DNA of 64,000 nt from NCBI GenBank assembly GCA_035221665.1, contig CM069144.1, forward strand, positions 57,660,001-57,724,000, read 5' to 3'. The notes beneath the pieces are model-generated. The model was not told where the DNA came from. It made no database searches and saw nothing but the letters and a program-made list of their open reading frames with translations. Source of the DNA: Okamejei kenojei (taxonomy: Eukaryota). The translations under genes and the position numbers were made by a program. This document shows positions 62,591 through 64,000 of the stretch, piece after piece; within the stretch, counting starts at the first letter, position 1, and each line of letters opens with the position of its first letter.

Positions 62591-62891
62591 AAGTTAAAAA
62601 TGCATGCCTCACTGTAAGTTGCCATTGGGAATCAACTTTATCCCTCTGTCTCCCAAATGCAACTTCGTCACCACCCCACACTCTCACAGCTAGTCCACCT
62701 ATCCTCAAAATCCTGACTTCCTTCTGACTGACACTTCACAACTCTACTGATATCAGTTCCCTTCACAACATCTAAGAAAATGAGGAAAGGTTTTTGCACT
62801 TGCTAAATGTACATGGAATTCGCTATCATGCACGAAACATTTGCTGACCTACCACACATTTTGTGCATCTTCACAAAGCCGATGGATTTAT

Positions 62892-63681
62892 CAACAATAG
62901 ATAATAGACGCAGGAGTACGCCATTCGACTGCCGTTCACTGTGCTCATGGCTGATCATTCACAATCAGTACTCCGTTCCTGCTTTCTCCCCTTATCCCTT
63001 GACTGCTATCTTTCAGAGCTCCATCTAACTCTCTCTTGAAACAATCCAGAGAATCAGCCTCCACTGCCTTCTGAGGAAGAGAATTCCACAGATTCACAAC
63101 TCTCTGGGTGAAAAAGTTTTTCCTCATCTCCGTTCTAAATGGCCTACCCCTTATCCTTAAACTGTGGCCCCTGGTTCTGGACTCTCCCAACATCGGCAAC
63201 ATGTTTCCTGCCTCAAGCAAGTCCAATCCCTTAATAATCTGAGATGTTTCAATAAGATCCCCTCTCATCCTTCTAGGTTCCAGTGTATACAAGCCCAGTC
63301 GCTCCATTCTTTCAACGTATGACAGTCCTGCCATCCTGGGAATTAACCTCGTGAACCTACGTTGCACTCCATCAATAGCAAGAATGTCCTTCCTCAAATT
63401 TGGAGACCAAAACTGCACACAATACTCCAGGCGTGGTCTCACTAGGGCCAGTTCAACTGCAGTAGGATCTCTTTGCTCCTATACTCAACTCCTCTTGTTA
63501 TGAAGGCCAACATGCCATTAGCTTTCTACACTGCCTGCTGTACCTGCATGCTTACTTTCAGTGACAGATGTACACGAACGCCCAGATCTCGTTGTACTTC
63601 CCCTTTTCCGAACCTGATACCATTCAGACAATAATCTGCCTTCCTGTTGTTGCCACCAAAGTGGATAACCTCACATTTATT
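62892..63681 (-). mobile_element. CR1/HER1 LINE 3' fragment
   Basis: ORF 62945-63442 RPRLEYCVQFWSP...QRVVNLWNSLP. Confidence 0.93.
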
Positions 63682-64000
63682 CTAGACTTTTAACTTTTAT
63701 TTAATCAATGACTATATTATTAAGTTGAAATATCGCCAGACTATCAGGATGTTCCTCACAGATGCTCAATGGCCAGGTTTATTTGCTGAAAACAGTATTG
63801 TATTTATATGATTTCCCAACGACAGAACTAGCTGGAAATATATAAAAAAAGGTTACATCCTATTTAAAATGAATGCTTAACAAGAATAACAAAACTAAAT
63901 GAGATTATAGATTTTTTTGTAAGCATTCTTACGTACCCTAAAGCACAGTGCCACTGTGTAAGAATTACTGAGCTGCACCTCTGATTTGTCCTTTCATACC

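Overview
Vertebrate genomic DNA, AT-rich and repeat-dense. The repeat families (HE1/V-SINE-like tRNA SINEs, HER1/CR1 LINE tails, Penelope-like, Rex1/Babar and DIRS1 elements) point to a cartilaginous fish, probably a skate or ray (inference). One host gene spans most of the window on the minus strand: an anosmin (ANOS1/KAL1-family) gene. Ten coding exons, equivalent to human exons 4-13 (WAP domain plus four FNIII domains), were mapped by hand between 60375 and 13913 with GT-AG boundaries and consistent phases; exons 1-3 were not found and probably lie beyond 64000. The protein is fairly divergent from human ANOS1 and may be the ANOS2-like paralog. The introns and flank hold two DIRS1-type tyrosine-recombinase retrotransposons with ITR/ICR architecture on either side of exon 7, Penelope-like elements and ~95-210 bp TSD-flanked derivatives carrying a hammerhead-ribozyme core, a Helentron/HINE-like family in which each copy carries a different tandem array, two palindromic MITEs, L1 3' fragments with TSDs, and many SINE/LINE remnants. 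Human exon sizes and sequences are quoted from memory; repeat boundaries are approximate.
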